A DNA stretch of 64,000 nucleotides from positions 2,240,001 through 2,304,000 of the forward strand of contig CBDCKW010000009.1 in the NCBI GenBank assembly GCA_965218435.1. The letters are read 5' to 3'. Positions 30,196 through 39,489 of the stretch are shown here, piece after piece. This DNA comes from Truepera sp. Lineage in GTDB: Bacteria; Deinococcota; Deinococci; Deinococcales; Trueperaceae. The first letter of the stretch is position 1. Every line of letters starts with the position of its first letter. The notes beneath the pieces were generated by a model. The model saw only the letters and a list, made by a program, of their open reading frames with translations. It did no database searches and was not told the DNA's origin. A program made the position numbers and the translations under genes.

Positions 30196-30819
30196 ATGAG
30201 CCGCGCGTTGCAACTTCAGCTCTTACCCGAAGGCGGGTATACCGACCTGTTAAATGTCGAAGCAGGTGAGGTGACTCTGTTTCCTGGAGAACCCGATAAC
30301 CTCTACCGCGTCCAAGAAGGTCTAGTACGTATTCATACGGTAGACGATGAAGGCAACGGTCTGACGCTGCGCTACGTGAAACCGGGGGGCTACTTCGGCG
30401 AGGAGGCGCTCGTCGGGTTGCAGCGCCGCTACTTTGCTGAGGCCGTCACCCAGAGCAGCATCGAAGTGATGAGTCCGGCAACGCTGGGGCCGCAGGAAAA
30501 CCTGACCCTGACGACGCACCTCGTCGAGGCGATGGAGCGGCTGTACCGGGCGCTCTACCGGCTTTCGGGCAAACGCCTCAAAGCGCGGATCGCCGCAGAA
30601 CTGCTGGATTTGCAAGACAGCGCGTTAGCGACCCCCGGTAAGAACGGGGAGCCGGTCGTCCATATTACGCACGACGACCTCGCGGCCGCTGTTGGTTCCG
30701 TTCGGGAAACGGTCACCAAGGTCGTCGGCGAACTCTCGAGACAAGGTGCCATTCACGCCGGTTACGGCAAAATCGCGCTCACCAACCTCGAGACGCTCCG
30801 CAAAATTGCCGGTGAATAA
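30196..30819 (+). CDS. ddrI: Crp/Fnr-family regulator, DdrI-like
   Basis: LYRVQEGLVRIHTVDDEGNGLTLRYVKPG..FGEEAL and HTH THDDLAAAVGSVRETVTKVVGELSR closely resemble Deinococcus DdrI (from memory); AAGGAGG RBS. Confidence 0.85.
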   Translation: MSRALQLQLLPEGGYTDLLNVEAGEVTLFPGEPDNLYRVQEGLVRIHTVDDEGNGLTLRYVKPGGYFGEEALVGLQRRYFAEAVTQSSIEVMSPATLGPQENLTLTTHLVEAMERLYRALYRLSGKRLKARIAAELLDLQDSALATPGKNGEPVVHITHDDLAAAVGSVRETVTKVVGELSRQGAIHAGYGKIALTNLETLRKIAGE

Positions 30820-30971
30820 GTTGCTCAACTAGAGAGCAGTTTGGAATTCGGTTTTTATTTTCGTGTGCCCACTCTGACGGCTGAGTTTTCAAAAACGCGT
30901 ACACGGTCTCTTTTAGACGTTATAGACGAAGCAACCCAAACTGTAAAAGGTAGCTGTAGTGCGTTCAGATA

Positions 30972-32747
30972 CTAGCACCTAGTCTGATTTCTCCCGCTCC
31001 GTTTGGCGTGGTAGAGGTTTTTGTCGGCTAGAGAGCAAGGTTTCGTAGCTGTCTACCCCGAGATTGTCTGAAATCCCGATGCCGGCGGTGACTTGTAAAC
31101 CCGGTTGTAGTTCACGCCAGGGATAAGCCTCGAGCGCCCGCCTGAATCTTTCGCAGACAAGGGTGGCCACTCGCGCTGACGTTTGTGGCAATAACAAGAC
31201 GAACTCTTCGCCGCCGTAGCGGGCGGCAGTGTCAACCTCCCGAAAGTGCGCCTTAAAAAGCTGCGCGGTAACCCTGAGCACCGCGTCACCGAGCGCGTGT
31301 GAAAAGGTGTCGTTGATCCTTTTGAAGTCGTCGAGGTCGCAGAGCGCCACGCTCAGAGGTTGCCCGAAGCGGCGCGCCCTGGCGAACTCCCGGCTAAGCT
31401 GAACGTCAACATAGCGGCGGTTGTAGAGCCCGGTCAGCGGGTCTTCGCTGGCTTGACGCTCGAGAGCGAACGTTCCCGGTCGGCCTGCTGTAGGGACCGG
31501 GTAAGGCTTTCTAGCTCCGCGTTAGCTTGGGTTAATTCTATATTTTTTAAGCGGTAAAGCTCTTTTTCACGTTCTCGGCGTTCAGTTTCAAAGCTCACCC
31601 GCAAGCTCTGCAGTTTTTGGCTCGAGGCTTCGTTAAAGACTTCCTCTTTAACCTGCGCGTAGCGTTCATAATGGGCGAGTGCTTCGCCGAACTGCTCTTT
31701 TTGCTTGTAGAGTTCGGAAAGCGCGAGGTGCGCCCCGTAGACGCTCTCTTTGACGTTCACCGCGTCGGCGCTCACCAGCGCCGCTGTTAGGACGGTGTGC
31801 GCCTCGGTAAACTTGCGCTGCTCTGTCAGCAGCTGGCCCAACTTGAGCGAAACCGCCGCGCCGCCGCGTTTATCGCCAAGTTTTTGCTTGAGCGCGGCGC
31901 TCTCTCTCAACGCACGCTCGGCTCCTCCAAAGTCGCTTAACCCGGCGTAAACCGTGCCTAGGTTGCCTAAAGCCTCGCTTACCCCCTGCTGATCGTCAAT
32001 CTCTTGCCTAAGTGACAAACTGCTTTGATGATAGCCCAGCGCCGCGTGAACGAGGCCCAAATTATCTAAGGTGAGCGCGTAAGCGTGTCTGTCTTGCAAG
32101 CTTTCCAGCAGCTCTAAACTCTGCTGCAGATAACCGAGCGCCGCTTTATAGTCGCCCAACTTGTAGAGGGTCAGCCCGATGTTGTTAAGTGAACGCGCCC
32201 GGCCCAACTCGTCTGGCAAGGTCTCGAGTAGCTCCGCCGCCCGCAGATGACAAGACAGCGCGTTGGGGTAGTCGCTCAGGTAAAAGTAGACCGCCCCGAT
32301 ATTGTTAAGCGCACTGACCTGGCGTTCTTGGTCACCGAGTTCTTGGCACAGCCCCTGCATCACGTGAAAGTGTTGCAGTCCCAAGATGAGGTCGCCCAAC
32401 ATGAGGTGAATCACGCCGAGCGTGTTGTGCGTGCCCTCTAAACCCTGTTTGTCTGCTAAAGCGGTAAACAGCTCGAGCGCCGCTTGTGCGTTCGTCAGGG
32501 CCTGGGTGTAGTGAGAGAGACGGTACTGACAAAAGCTCCGGGCACGTAAACTGTAGGCTAACCTGCGGCGGTCCCTAAGGGCGAGCGCCAGGTCGTGAGC
32601 TTCTTCACTGAGCAGCAAGCCCCGCCGGTAGTCGGTATATCTGAGCTCCCAAGCAAGCGTGTTAAGCTCGTCAACCTCTGCGCCGATCAAGGCTTTACGG
32701 TGCTCAGCCGACCCTCCGTGTCCGCTCGAGCTGTTTGAACCGGCCAT
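30972..32747 (-). pseudogene. TPR-repeat diguanylate cyclase (GGEEF), frameshifted
   Basis: TPR repeats in 31434-32747; frameshift near 31463 before LERQASEDPLTGLYNRR; RYGGEEF; second frameshift near 31030 before ADKNLYHAKRSGRN. Confidence 0.9.
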
Positions 32748-33034
32748 ACGCCATTATTTAAGATAACGTCTTGCAAAATTACAGCGGCTTACCAAAGCTG
32801 CCGAACCGAAGCTGTTAACTAGGTCACTCGGAGAGTCGCCGTTAAGCGCCTGACCTGAGTGCGAAGTTTCAAAGAAGTTTCAACAAAGAAAGCGCGTGAC
32901 CTACGCAATCGTTGTTACGGTAGCGGAGCCTAGTTGCGCCTGTTCAAGCTTCATTTTCTCGAGCCCCAACAAGATGAGTAGATATCACCGAGTGTCTTGT
33001 CCAAACCAACTGCGCTTGCCGCCTCAGTGCCGGA

Positions 33035-33637
33035 CTAACGCCTGCCACTTAACAACCGTTCGGCCAGCGGTAACAGCGCCGCCGCCGCAACAAGCTTGAG
33101 CAGGTCGCCCGGAATAAACGGGACCAGGCCCGCGTTTAGCGTCCACGACCAGGGCGACATACCGGCAGGCGCGTACTTCGCCGCAAAAGTTCCTAACCAC
33201 GCCAGCCCCGGCAGATAGATGAGCACGTTACCTAAGAGCATCACCCACGCAGCCCCGGAAAAGGTGCGGGTATGACCGCGCTGCGCCAGGTAACCCACCA
33301 GCGCCGCCGCAAACGGAAAGCTGACGAGGTAGCCCGCCGTCGTGCCAGTAAACTGCGCCCAGCCCGCGCCGCCACCGGAAAAGATGCTGAGGCCGAAACC
33401 CCCGACGAGCAGGTAGGCGAGCAGTGTCAAGCCGCCCAAACTACCGCCGTAGGCTGCGCCGAGCAGCAAGACGCCGAACGTCTGTCCGGTGATGGGAACA
33501 GGGCCGATATTGAACTCGAGCCGTGTCAAGAGCGCCATCACCACGACGCCCAGCGCAATCTGTAAGGGCACACGCAGCGCCGCTGAACGTACCGGAACAA
33601 GCGTGTCAATCAGGGGGCGAGCTAGGGTATTGGTCAT
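33035..33637 (-). CDS. bioY: Biotin transporter BioY
   Basis: PVPITGQTFGVLL, GYLVSF, PFIPGDLLK. Confidence 0.95.
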   Translation of the reverse strand: MTNTLARPLIDTLVPVRSAALRVPLQIALGVVVMALLTRLEFNIGPVPITGQTFGVLLLGAAYGGSLGGLTLLAYLLVGGFGLSIFSGGGAGWAQFTGTTAGYLVSFPFAAALVGYLAQRGHTRTFSGAAWVMLLGNVLIYLPGLAWLGTFAAKYAPAGMSPWSWTLNAGLVPFIPGDLLKLVAAAALLPLAERLLSGRR

Positions 33638-33706
33638 AAAAGTCTCCTTGAAAGTCGCAATAACGCCGTCAGTATAGCAACCTGTTTACTCAAAAATAGC
33701 TTGGTG

Positions 33707-34624
33707 CTAGTGACACACACCGCGCCCAGCGTCTTGAAAGGTACTGCCGGGAACTGCCTCAAACTGCCAACTGTAACTATCCGGTGCCAGCGTCAGAAAG
33801 AGCACCCCGAAATCTTTGGTGGTGATGGTTTGGCGGTTGGGGGCCGGAAGGAGCGCCGGGTAGTGGCTGGCACCGCCGGTCCCGACGACGAACTCACGAA
33901 TCCCCGATGGGCTCGGCTGTGCGTCGTTGGTCTGCGGCCCTAACCGTTCGTAGAGGTGGTCATGGGCGTTTAAGACGATTTCAGCACCGGCGTCTTCCAA
34001 TATCCCCCAGAGGTCACCGAGTTCCGGGTGCGAACCGTGTGGCCCGGAGCTAAAACGCGCCGCGTGCCAAAACGCCAGCGTGCAGCGCACCGGATGGTTC
34101 CACAGGTCTTCTTTGAGCCACCGCCCCTGCGGAGAACGCTTGCCGCACCCGCCAACTGCGTCACAGTTTGAATTGAGCGCCACAAGATGCCACGCGCCGA
34201 GGTCGAAGCTGTAGTAACCCTTTTGGGGATCGCCCGCCTGGTCACCAAAATAAGCGAAGTACCCCGCCGCGCCCGCCGTGTAGTATTCGTGGTTGCCCGG
34301 GACCGGATAGGTGATGGCCTTAAAGCGGCCCCAAGTTGCGTCATACGACGTGTTGAAATCTTGCGACGTACCTTTCGGATATTGCAGGTCGCCCAAAGCC
34401 AGCACCGCATCAACTTTTGCCGCTCCGATCAGCTCGGCAGTGGCGGCCATCTGACAATAGGTCGGTACCACCGGGTCGGCGGCAGGACAAGCGATGTCCC
34501 CGGCAGCAGCGACGGTGACGGTGGCAGTAGATATTGGCGTAGAGGCGGCCCAGCTCCAGCAGCCCCAGCAGCAAAGTAACGCCGTAAAAATCCTTATCTC
34601 CGGAGAGCTTCTTTTAACGTTCAT
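33707..34624 (-). CDS. Secreted calcineurin-like metallophosphoesterase
   Basis: AAGDIA, LGDLQY, PGNHEY, NAHDHLYER, VVGTGG; N-terminal signal-like segment. Confidence 0.9.
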   Translation of the reverse strand: MNVKRSSPEIRIFTALLCCWGCWSWAASTPISTATVTVAAAGDIACPAADPVVPTYCQMAATAELIGAAKVDAVLALGDLQYPKGTSQDFNTSYDATWGRFKAITYPVPGNHEYYTAGAAGYFAYFGDQAGDPQKGYYSFDLGAWHLVALNSNCDAVGGCGKRSPQGRWLKEDLWNHPVRCTLAFWHAARFSSGPHGSHPELGDLWGILEDAGAEIVLNAHDHLYERLGPQTNDAQPSPSGIREFVVGTGGASHYPALLPAPNRQTITTKDFGVLFLTLAPDSYSWQFEAVPGSTFQDAGRGVCH

Positions 34625-34796
34625 GCTTACCCTTTTCTCGTTGGTAACTGGAGCAGTGTGACACCACATATTTGCAAACGTAGTCGAGCAGTCAAAACGT
34701 CTCTCAGCTTAGCGCCCCGGCCCTCCTCAAAGATGAGGTCAGGCGCTCGAGCTGAGGCTTAGAGCCGTTTTTATACCGTTCTTTATACTGTCCCCT

Positions 34797-35267
34797 ATGG
34801 CTGAACGCATTTCTGAGTGGATTACCACCTTTGATACCGTATTTCCCAATCAGGTCAACCCGCTCGGCACGCTGTTTGGCGGGCGCGTCTTGGAGCTGAT
34901 GGACGTGAACGCTTCGATCGCTTGCTGGCGTTTCTCTCGGTTGCCCGCCGTGACTGCCTCGACCGAACCGGTGGACTTTCGCGCACCCATCTACGTCGGT
35001 GAAATTATCGAGCTTAAAAGCCGGGTCGCTTTTGCCGGACGCACCAGCATGATTGTCCGCTGTGAAGTTTACGGCGAAAATCCCGGTAGCGGCGAAAGGC
35101 GGCTTTGCACCGTCGGACACATGAACTTCGTCGCGTTAGGTCCTGACATGAAACCGACCGAAGTTCCGGCGCTGCGGGTAGAGAGCGACTTAGAGCGTCA
35201 ACACTTTGAGGTCGCTAAAAAGGTCAAAGAGGGCATCGCCGCCCGCCGCGCTCAGCCGCTCATATAG
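34797..35267 (+). CDS. Hotdog-fold acyl-CoA thioesterase
   Basis: VFPNQVNPLGTLFGGRVLELMD, VDFRAPI, GRTSM. Confidence 0.93.
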   Translation: MAERISEWITTFDTVFPNQVNPLGTLFGGRVLELMDVNASIACWRFSRLPAVTASTEPVDFRAPIYVGEIIELKSRVAFAGRTSMIVRCEVYGENPGSGERRLCTVGHMNFVALGPDMKPTEVPALRVESDLERQHFEVAKKVKEGIAARRAQPLI

Positions 35268-35370
35268 AACTCCGTACCCAGACGGTAGGACTTCACCCAG
35301 ACCCCCGGTCTGCCAGCTTCTAAAATAGCCGCGCGGCTCTGTTATGCTGCGTGAGATATAGGAGGAGAAG

Positions 35371-37350
35371 ATGACACAGACGCAAACCCGCCAATCCCTC
35401 GAGCAACGCTCAATTAACGCGATTCGCGCCCTAACGATTGACGCGCTGGGAGCGGCCGGGAGCGGCCACCCTGGAATGCCGCTGGGCGCGGCTCCAGTGG
35501 GGTACACGCTCTATACCAAATTTATGAAGTTTAATCCGGCTAACGACCGCTGGGTTGACCGCGACCGCTACATCCAGTCCGCCGGTCACGGCTCAATGCT
35601 GCAGTACAGCCTCGCGCACTTAGTCGGGTACGACCTGCCGATGGAGGAACTCAAACGCTACCGGCAGTGGAAGAGCAAAACGCCCGGTCACCCCGAACAT
35701 TTCATGACGCCCGGCGTCGAGATCACCACCGGGCCGCTCGGTCAGGGCATCAGTACCGCCGTCGGGATTGCGTTAGGTGAGGCGCACTTAGCCGCAGTCT
35801 ATAACCGCCCCGATTTTGAGATTGTGGACCACTACACCTATGTGATTGCCGGGGACGGCGACCTGATGGAAGGGGTCTCGAGCGAAGCCTCGTCCCTGGC
35901 CGGAGAGTGGGGCTTAGGCAAACTGATCGTGTTATATGATGACAACAACGTCACGATTGATACTAAGACCACCGCGACCTTTACCGAAGACGTGTTGGAG
36001 CGTTACGACGCCTATCATTGGCACACCCAGATGGTCGAAGACGGCAACGACGTCGAAGCGATCACCCGGGCGATTGAAACGGCCAAGGGCGTGACCGATA
36101 AACCCAGCTTGATCGCAGTGCGCAGCATTATCGGCTACGGCTCGAAGGTTGAAGGGACGCCCAAGGCGCACGGCTCGATGCCCGACCCCGAAGAGACCAA
36201 GAAAAACTTGGGCATTGATTGGCCGGCGTTTACGGTGCCCGATGACGTCTTGGCGCATTACCGCGAAGCGACCGAGCGCGGTAAAAAAGCTGAACAGCAA
36301 TGGCAAGAAAAGTTTGATGCCTACGAGCGGGAGTTTCCAGACCTGGCCAAGCAGTTTGAAACCGTACAAAAAGGTGAAGCTGAGGATGACCTCGAGGCCC
36401 TACTCCCGACCTATGAGGTCGGCGGCAAAGCGGCGACTCGGGCCACCTCGGGCGAAGTCTTAAACGTGTTGGCCAAGCACTTTCCGCAGCTGATCGGCGG
36501 CTCGGCGGACCTTGCCGGCTCGAACAACACGACTTTAGAAGACAGCCCGTTTATCGCCAAGGGCGACTACACGGGCCGCAACATCCACTTCGGCGTCCGG
36601 GAACACGGGATGGCCGCGATTACCAACGGTTTGTCACTTCACGGCGGGATGAAGCCCTACGCTGGCACCTTTTTAATCTTTTCAGACTACCTGCGCCCCG
36701 CGCTGCGCCTCGGCGCACTGATGGATCAGCCGGTGGTCTGGGTGTTTACCCACGACAGCATCGGTTTAGGCGGCGACGGCCCCACGCACCAACCGGTCGC
36801 GTCACTCACCGCGCTGCGCGCGATTCCTCAGCTCAAGGTCATCCGCCCCGCCGACGCGAACGAAACCGCGCAAGCTTGGGCCTACGCCATGACCAGCAAA
36901 GACCCGGTAGCTTTCGCGCTTTCGCGCCAGGACTTGCCGCATCTGAGTGTTCCCAAAGGCAGCGTCAAACGCGGCGCGTATATCCACGCCGATTCGGACG
37001 GGACGCCTGAGCTGATCTTGATCGGGACGGGTTCGGAGGTGTCTTTATGCCTCGAGGCTCAAAAAGAACTGACGCAAGGCGGCGCGAAGGTGCGCGTGGT
37101 CAGTATGCCCTCGCAAGAACTCTTTGACGAACAAGACGAGGCGTACCGCGAGTCGGTCTTACCCAACAGTGTGCGGGCGCGGGTCGCGGTCGAAGCGGGC
37201 GCGTCGCTCGGCTGGTTTAAGTACGTCGGACTCGACGGCCTGACCGTCTGCTTAGACCGTTTCGGCGAGTCCGCCGACGGCGACGTGGTGATGGACAAGC
37301 TCGGCTTTAACGTGCAAAACGTGGTTGAAACGGCGAGAAAGCTGCTCTAG
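35371..37350 (+). CDS. tkt: Transketolase
   Basis: SGHPGMPLG, TTGPLGQG, GDGDLMEG, FGVREHGM, THDSIGLGGDGPTHQ. Confidence 0.98.
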   Translation: MTQTQTRQSLEQRSINAIRALTIDALGAAGSGHPGMPLGAAPVGYTLYTKFMKFNPANDRWVDRDRYIQSAGHGSMLQYSLAHLVGYDLPMEELKRYRQWKSKTPGHPEHFMTPGVEITTGPLGQGISTAVGIALGEAHLAAVYNRPDFEIVDHYTYVIAGDGDLMEGVSSEASSLAGEWGLGKLIVLYDDNNVTIDTKTTATFTEDVLERYDAYHWHTQMVEDGNDVEAITRAIETAKGVTDKPSLIAVRSIIGYGSKVEGTPKAHGSMPDPEETKKNLGIDWPAFTVPDDVLAHYREATERGKKAEQQWQEKFDAYEREFPDLAKQFETVQKGEAEDDLEALLPTYEVGGKAATRATSGEVLNVLAKHFPQLIGGSADLAGSNNTTLEDSPFIAKGDYTGRNIHFGVREHGMAAITNGLSLHGGMKPYAGTFLIFSDYLRPALRLGALMDQPVVWVFTHDSIGLGGDGPTHQPVASLTALRAIPQLKVIRPADANETAQAWAYAMTSKDPVAFALSRQDLPHLSVPKGSVKRGAYIHADSDGTPELILIGTGSEVSLCLEAQKELTQGGAKVRVVSMPSQELFDEQDEAYRESVLPNSVRARVAVEAGASLGWFKYVGLDGLTVCLDRFGESADGDVVMDKLGFNVQNVVETARKLL

Positions 37351-37374
37351 CGGTCTTGTGTCTTATTAACTTCG

Positions 37375-37406
37375 TAGGCCGGTCACTAGTGACCGGCCTA
37401 TTTTTT
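37375..37406 (+). terminator. Rho-independent terminator of tkt
   Basis: 26-bp perfect palindrome TAGGCCGGTCACTAGTGACCGGCCTA followed by TTTTTT. Confidence 0.85.
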
Positions 37407-37874
37407 AGGTGCTTTGACCGTACCGCAGCGTGGAGCGTTCTCCTAGCACCCGAGTACATCCGTGCGCGTCGGGAAAACTCGAGCAAAGCAAGTTGCGCTG
37501 CGTAACCGTCAGAAGTCAGCTACGACAGCAGTTTAAGTAAAGCCCTACCGGGCACGCACCGCTAAGCTGCGACGGCAACAGTACCGCCAACAGCGCCACC
37601 AACAGTGCCGCCGTACCAATTCGGCGAAGTCTCATCTGATGCGGCGGCGTACCGTTTAGGCACTTGGCCGCCGCCCTGTGCGCCGTTCAGGTTGAAGCCG
37701 TTGACGCTGAACCCGCGCTCATAAGCACCGTTTAGCGGGTATACCCTGGGGCAGTGCGAAGCCGCCCGCAGGACATGTCAGCTGGTCGGCAATGGTCTCG
37801 GTCTAAGCTTTCTCGGCCAGCACGCACATTTTGAGATGATGCTGGCAGCAAGCTTTGCTTAGCAGTGCTAGAAG

Positions 37875-37906
37875 AAACCCTTTTTGGCTAAAGCCAAAAA
37901 GGGTTT
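37875..37906 (-). terminator. Terminator downstream of the acyltransferase
   Basis: AAACCCTTTTTGGCT-AA-AGCCAAAAAGGGTTT. Confidence 0.75.
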
Positions 37907-37972
37907 GACCGAGCTAGGCGAGTAAGATAGGATGCTCTCGGTCTAAGAGATCATGTTTGAGATAGGTTCTAG

Positions 37973-39133
37973 TTAAAAACCAACGGGTTTCCGCCCTGGA
38001 ATAGGGTTTTCGCCCTTGACCGGCTCCGCCTTTTTAGTCGGCAAGCTCAAGCCCATCAGCGGTCTTTCGATATAGGTGTATAACCCAACCGAAAGGATAA
38101 AGGTCAGCACAAGGGCCAAGAGTCCTCCTGTATGATCCCAAATAAAACCGGAGAAGGGAAGCTTTCTAACGACGCGCAGGGTGGGCAGATGGGTCAGATA
38201 AAAGCTAAAACTCACCACGCCGATAAGCCGTAAGGGAGCCCAGCATAACACTCGCTTCAGCCAGCCAGTGCCGTGAAGGTGGGTAACGATAATAACGCTC
38301 CAGAGCACACCAAACAGGGTATGCAGGTCGTGAAACCTGTTATACCTAAACGGCTGACCGCTCCACGCGCTAAAGATGCTTGGTGTGAGCACGATAACGA
38401 GAGCAGCGCAGGCGAGGGAAACAACCTCGAGCCCGAGACGAACCGCTTTAGAAAGCTCGAGTTGCAAAAGTCGGTAGTGAACGAGAGCGGCAAATGAACC
38501 TGAAAGGAAGATCGGCAGGTAAAAACCCAAATTGGTAGAATTGGGCGGGGCGTCGAGCGGATTCCAGACGATGCGGGACATACCTATCAAGCCGAGGGTA
38601 ACTACCCCGACGATCACCAGGTTACGGCGCAATACGAAAGAACAGAGCAAAACGAGAACCGGCAACACGGCGTAGTAGGTTACTTCAACAGGAATACTCC
38701 ACAAAACGCCCTCCCCTTTTCGCAACATGAGGTGCTGCCAAAAATCGTGTACAGAGATGTTAAAGGGCAGAGGAATGCCGACACTCGTAAGCACCACACT
38801 GGCCACCAGGAAGATGAGAAAAAGCGGGAAGATACGGGTAAATCTCCGGAATGCGTAATTCGTCCAAGTCTGCGCCGTCAACTCGTGAACCGAACGTTTG
38901 TAAAAAGGAACGGTCAGTAAAAACGCGCTGAGCGTAAAAAACAGGTAGACACCAAATTTACCCAGCCCCGCAAAATTAAAGGGAATAAGCACCTTCATAT
39001 GCATGTGGCTCATATGACTTAGGGCAACACATAAGACGGCGATCCCGCGAAGGCCGTCAAGCGAATTCATAAGCTGACCACTGCTGACTTTTTTGGCGGA
39101 TAGGGGTGCGCGAAACCAACGTAGAAGGAACAT
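37973..39133 (-). CDS. Acyltransferase-3 (OafA-like) membrane O-acyltransferase
   Basis: LDGLRGIA, GVYLFFTLSAFL, RRFTRIFP, WSIPVEV, SFSFYLTH, YIERP. Confidence 0.93.
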   Translation of the reverse strand: MFLLRWFRAPLSAKKVSSGQLMNSLDGLRGIAVLCVALSHMSHMHMKVLIPFNFAGLGKFGVYLFFTLSAFLLTVPFYKRSVHELTAQTWTNYAFRRFTRIFPLFLIFLVASVVLTSVGIPLPFNISVHDFWQHLMLRKGEGVLWSIPVEVTYYAVLPVLVLLCSFVLRRNLVIVGVVTLGLIGMSRIVWNPLDAPPNSTNLGFYLPIFLSGSFAALVHYRLLQLELSKAVRLGLEVVSLACAALVIVLTPSIFSAWSGQPFRYNRFHDLHTLFGVLWSVIIVTHLHGTGWLKRVLCWAPLRLIGVVSFSFYLTHLPTLRVVRKLPFSGFIWDHTGGLLALVLTFILSVGLYTYIERPLMGLSLPTKKAEPVKGENPIPGRKPVGF

Positions 39134-39140
39134 AGCTAAG

Positions 39141-39194
39141 AATCTAAGCGCGGCAGTTGCGGTGTCATTACGGCAAGGTTGCGGCAAGGTTGCG
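39141..39194 (-). promoter_or_regulatory. 11-bp-period direct repeats plus -10 element upstream of the acyltransferase
   Basis: Minus strand CGCAACC-TTGC-CGCAACC-TTGC-CGTAATG-ACAC-CGCAACT-N8-TAGATT-N7-ATG. Confidence 0.55.
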
Positions 39195-39489
39195 TTGTGG
39201 GCGCGGCAAGCGCCTTAGACACGCCTGGGACACCATGGTTTCTATCACCGGTGAGCTGACGCAGACACACCCCGGTGGCCTGGGTCCGCTTGGAACACAC
39301 GTGCTGAACGCTGCTTTACTCGCTTACTTAAACAGACTTGAACCCCACGCCACTCGCCGAAGCGTAACTTAACCGAATATTTTTGTAAGGGCTTTACAGT
39401 TACCTAGCTCTCGCAGGGGCATAACCGGAGGAGATTTCTCAGGCATGACCCCTGTACACTAACAGCAGATGCCAAATCCGGGAGGCTGT

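Noticed and set aside
33670..33710. BirA-type operator upstream of bioY
   Set aside because: Only a weak inverted repeat; better explained as a TATACT -10 element on the minus strand
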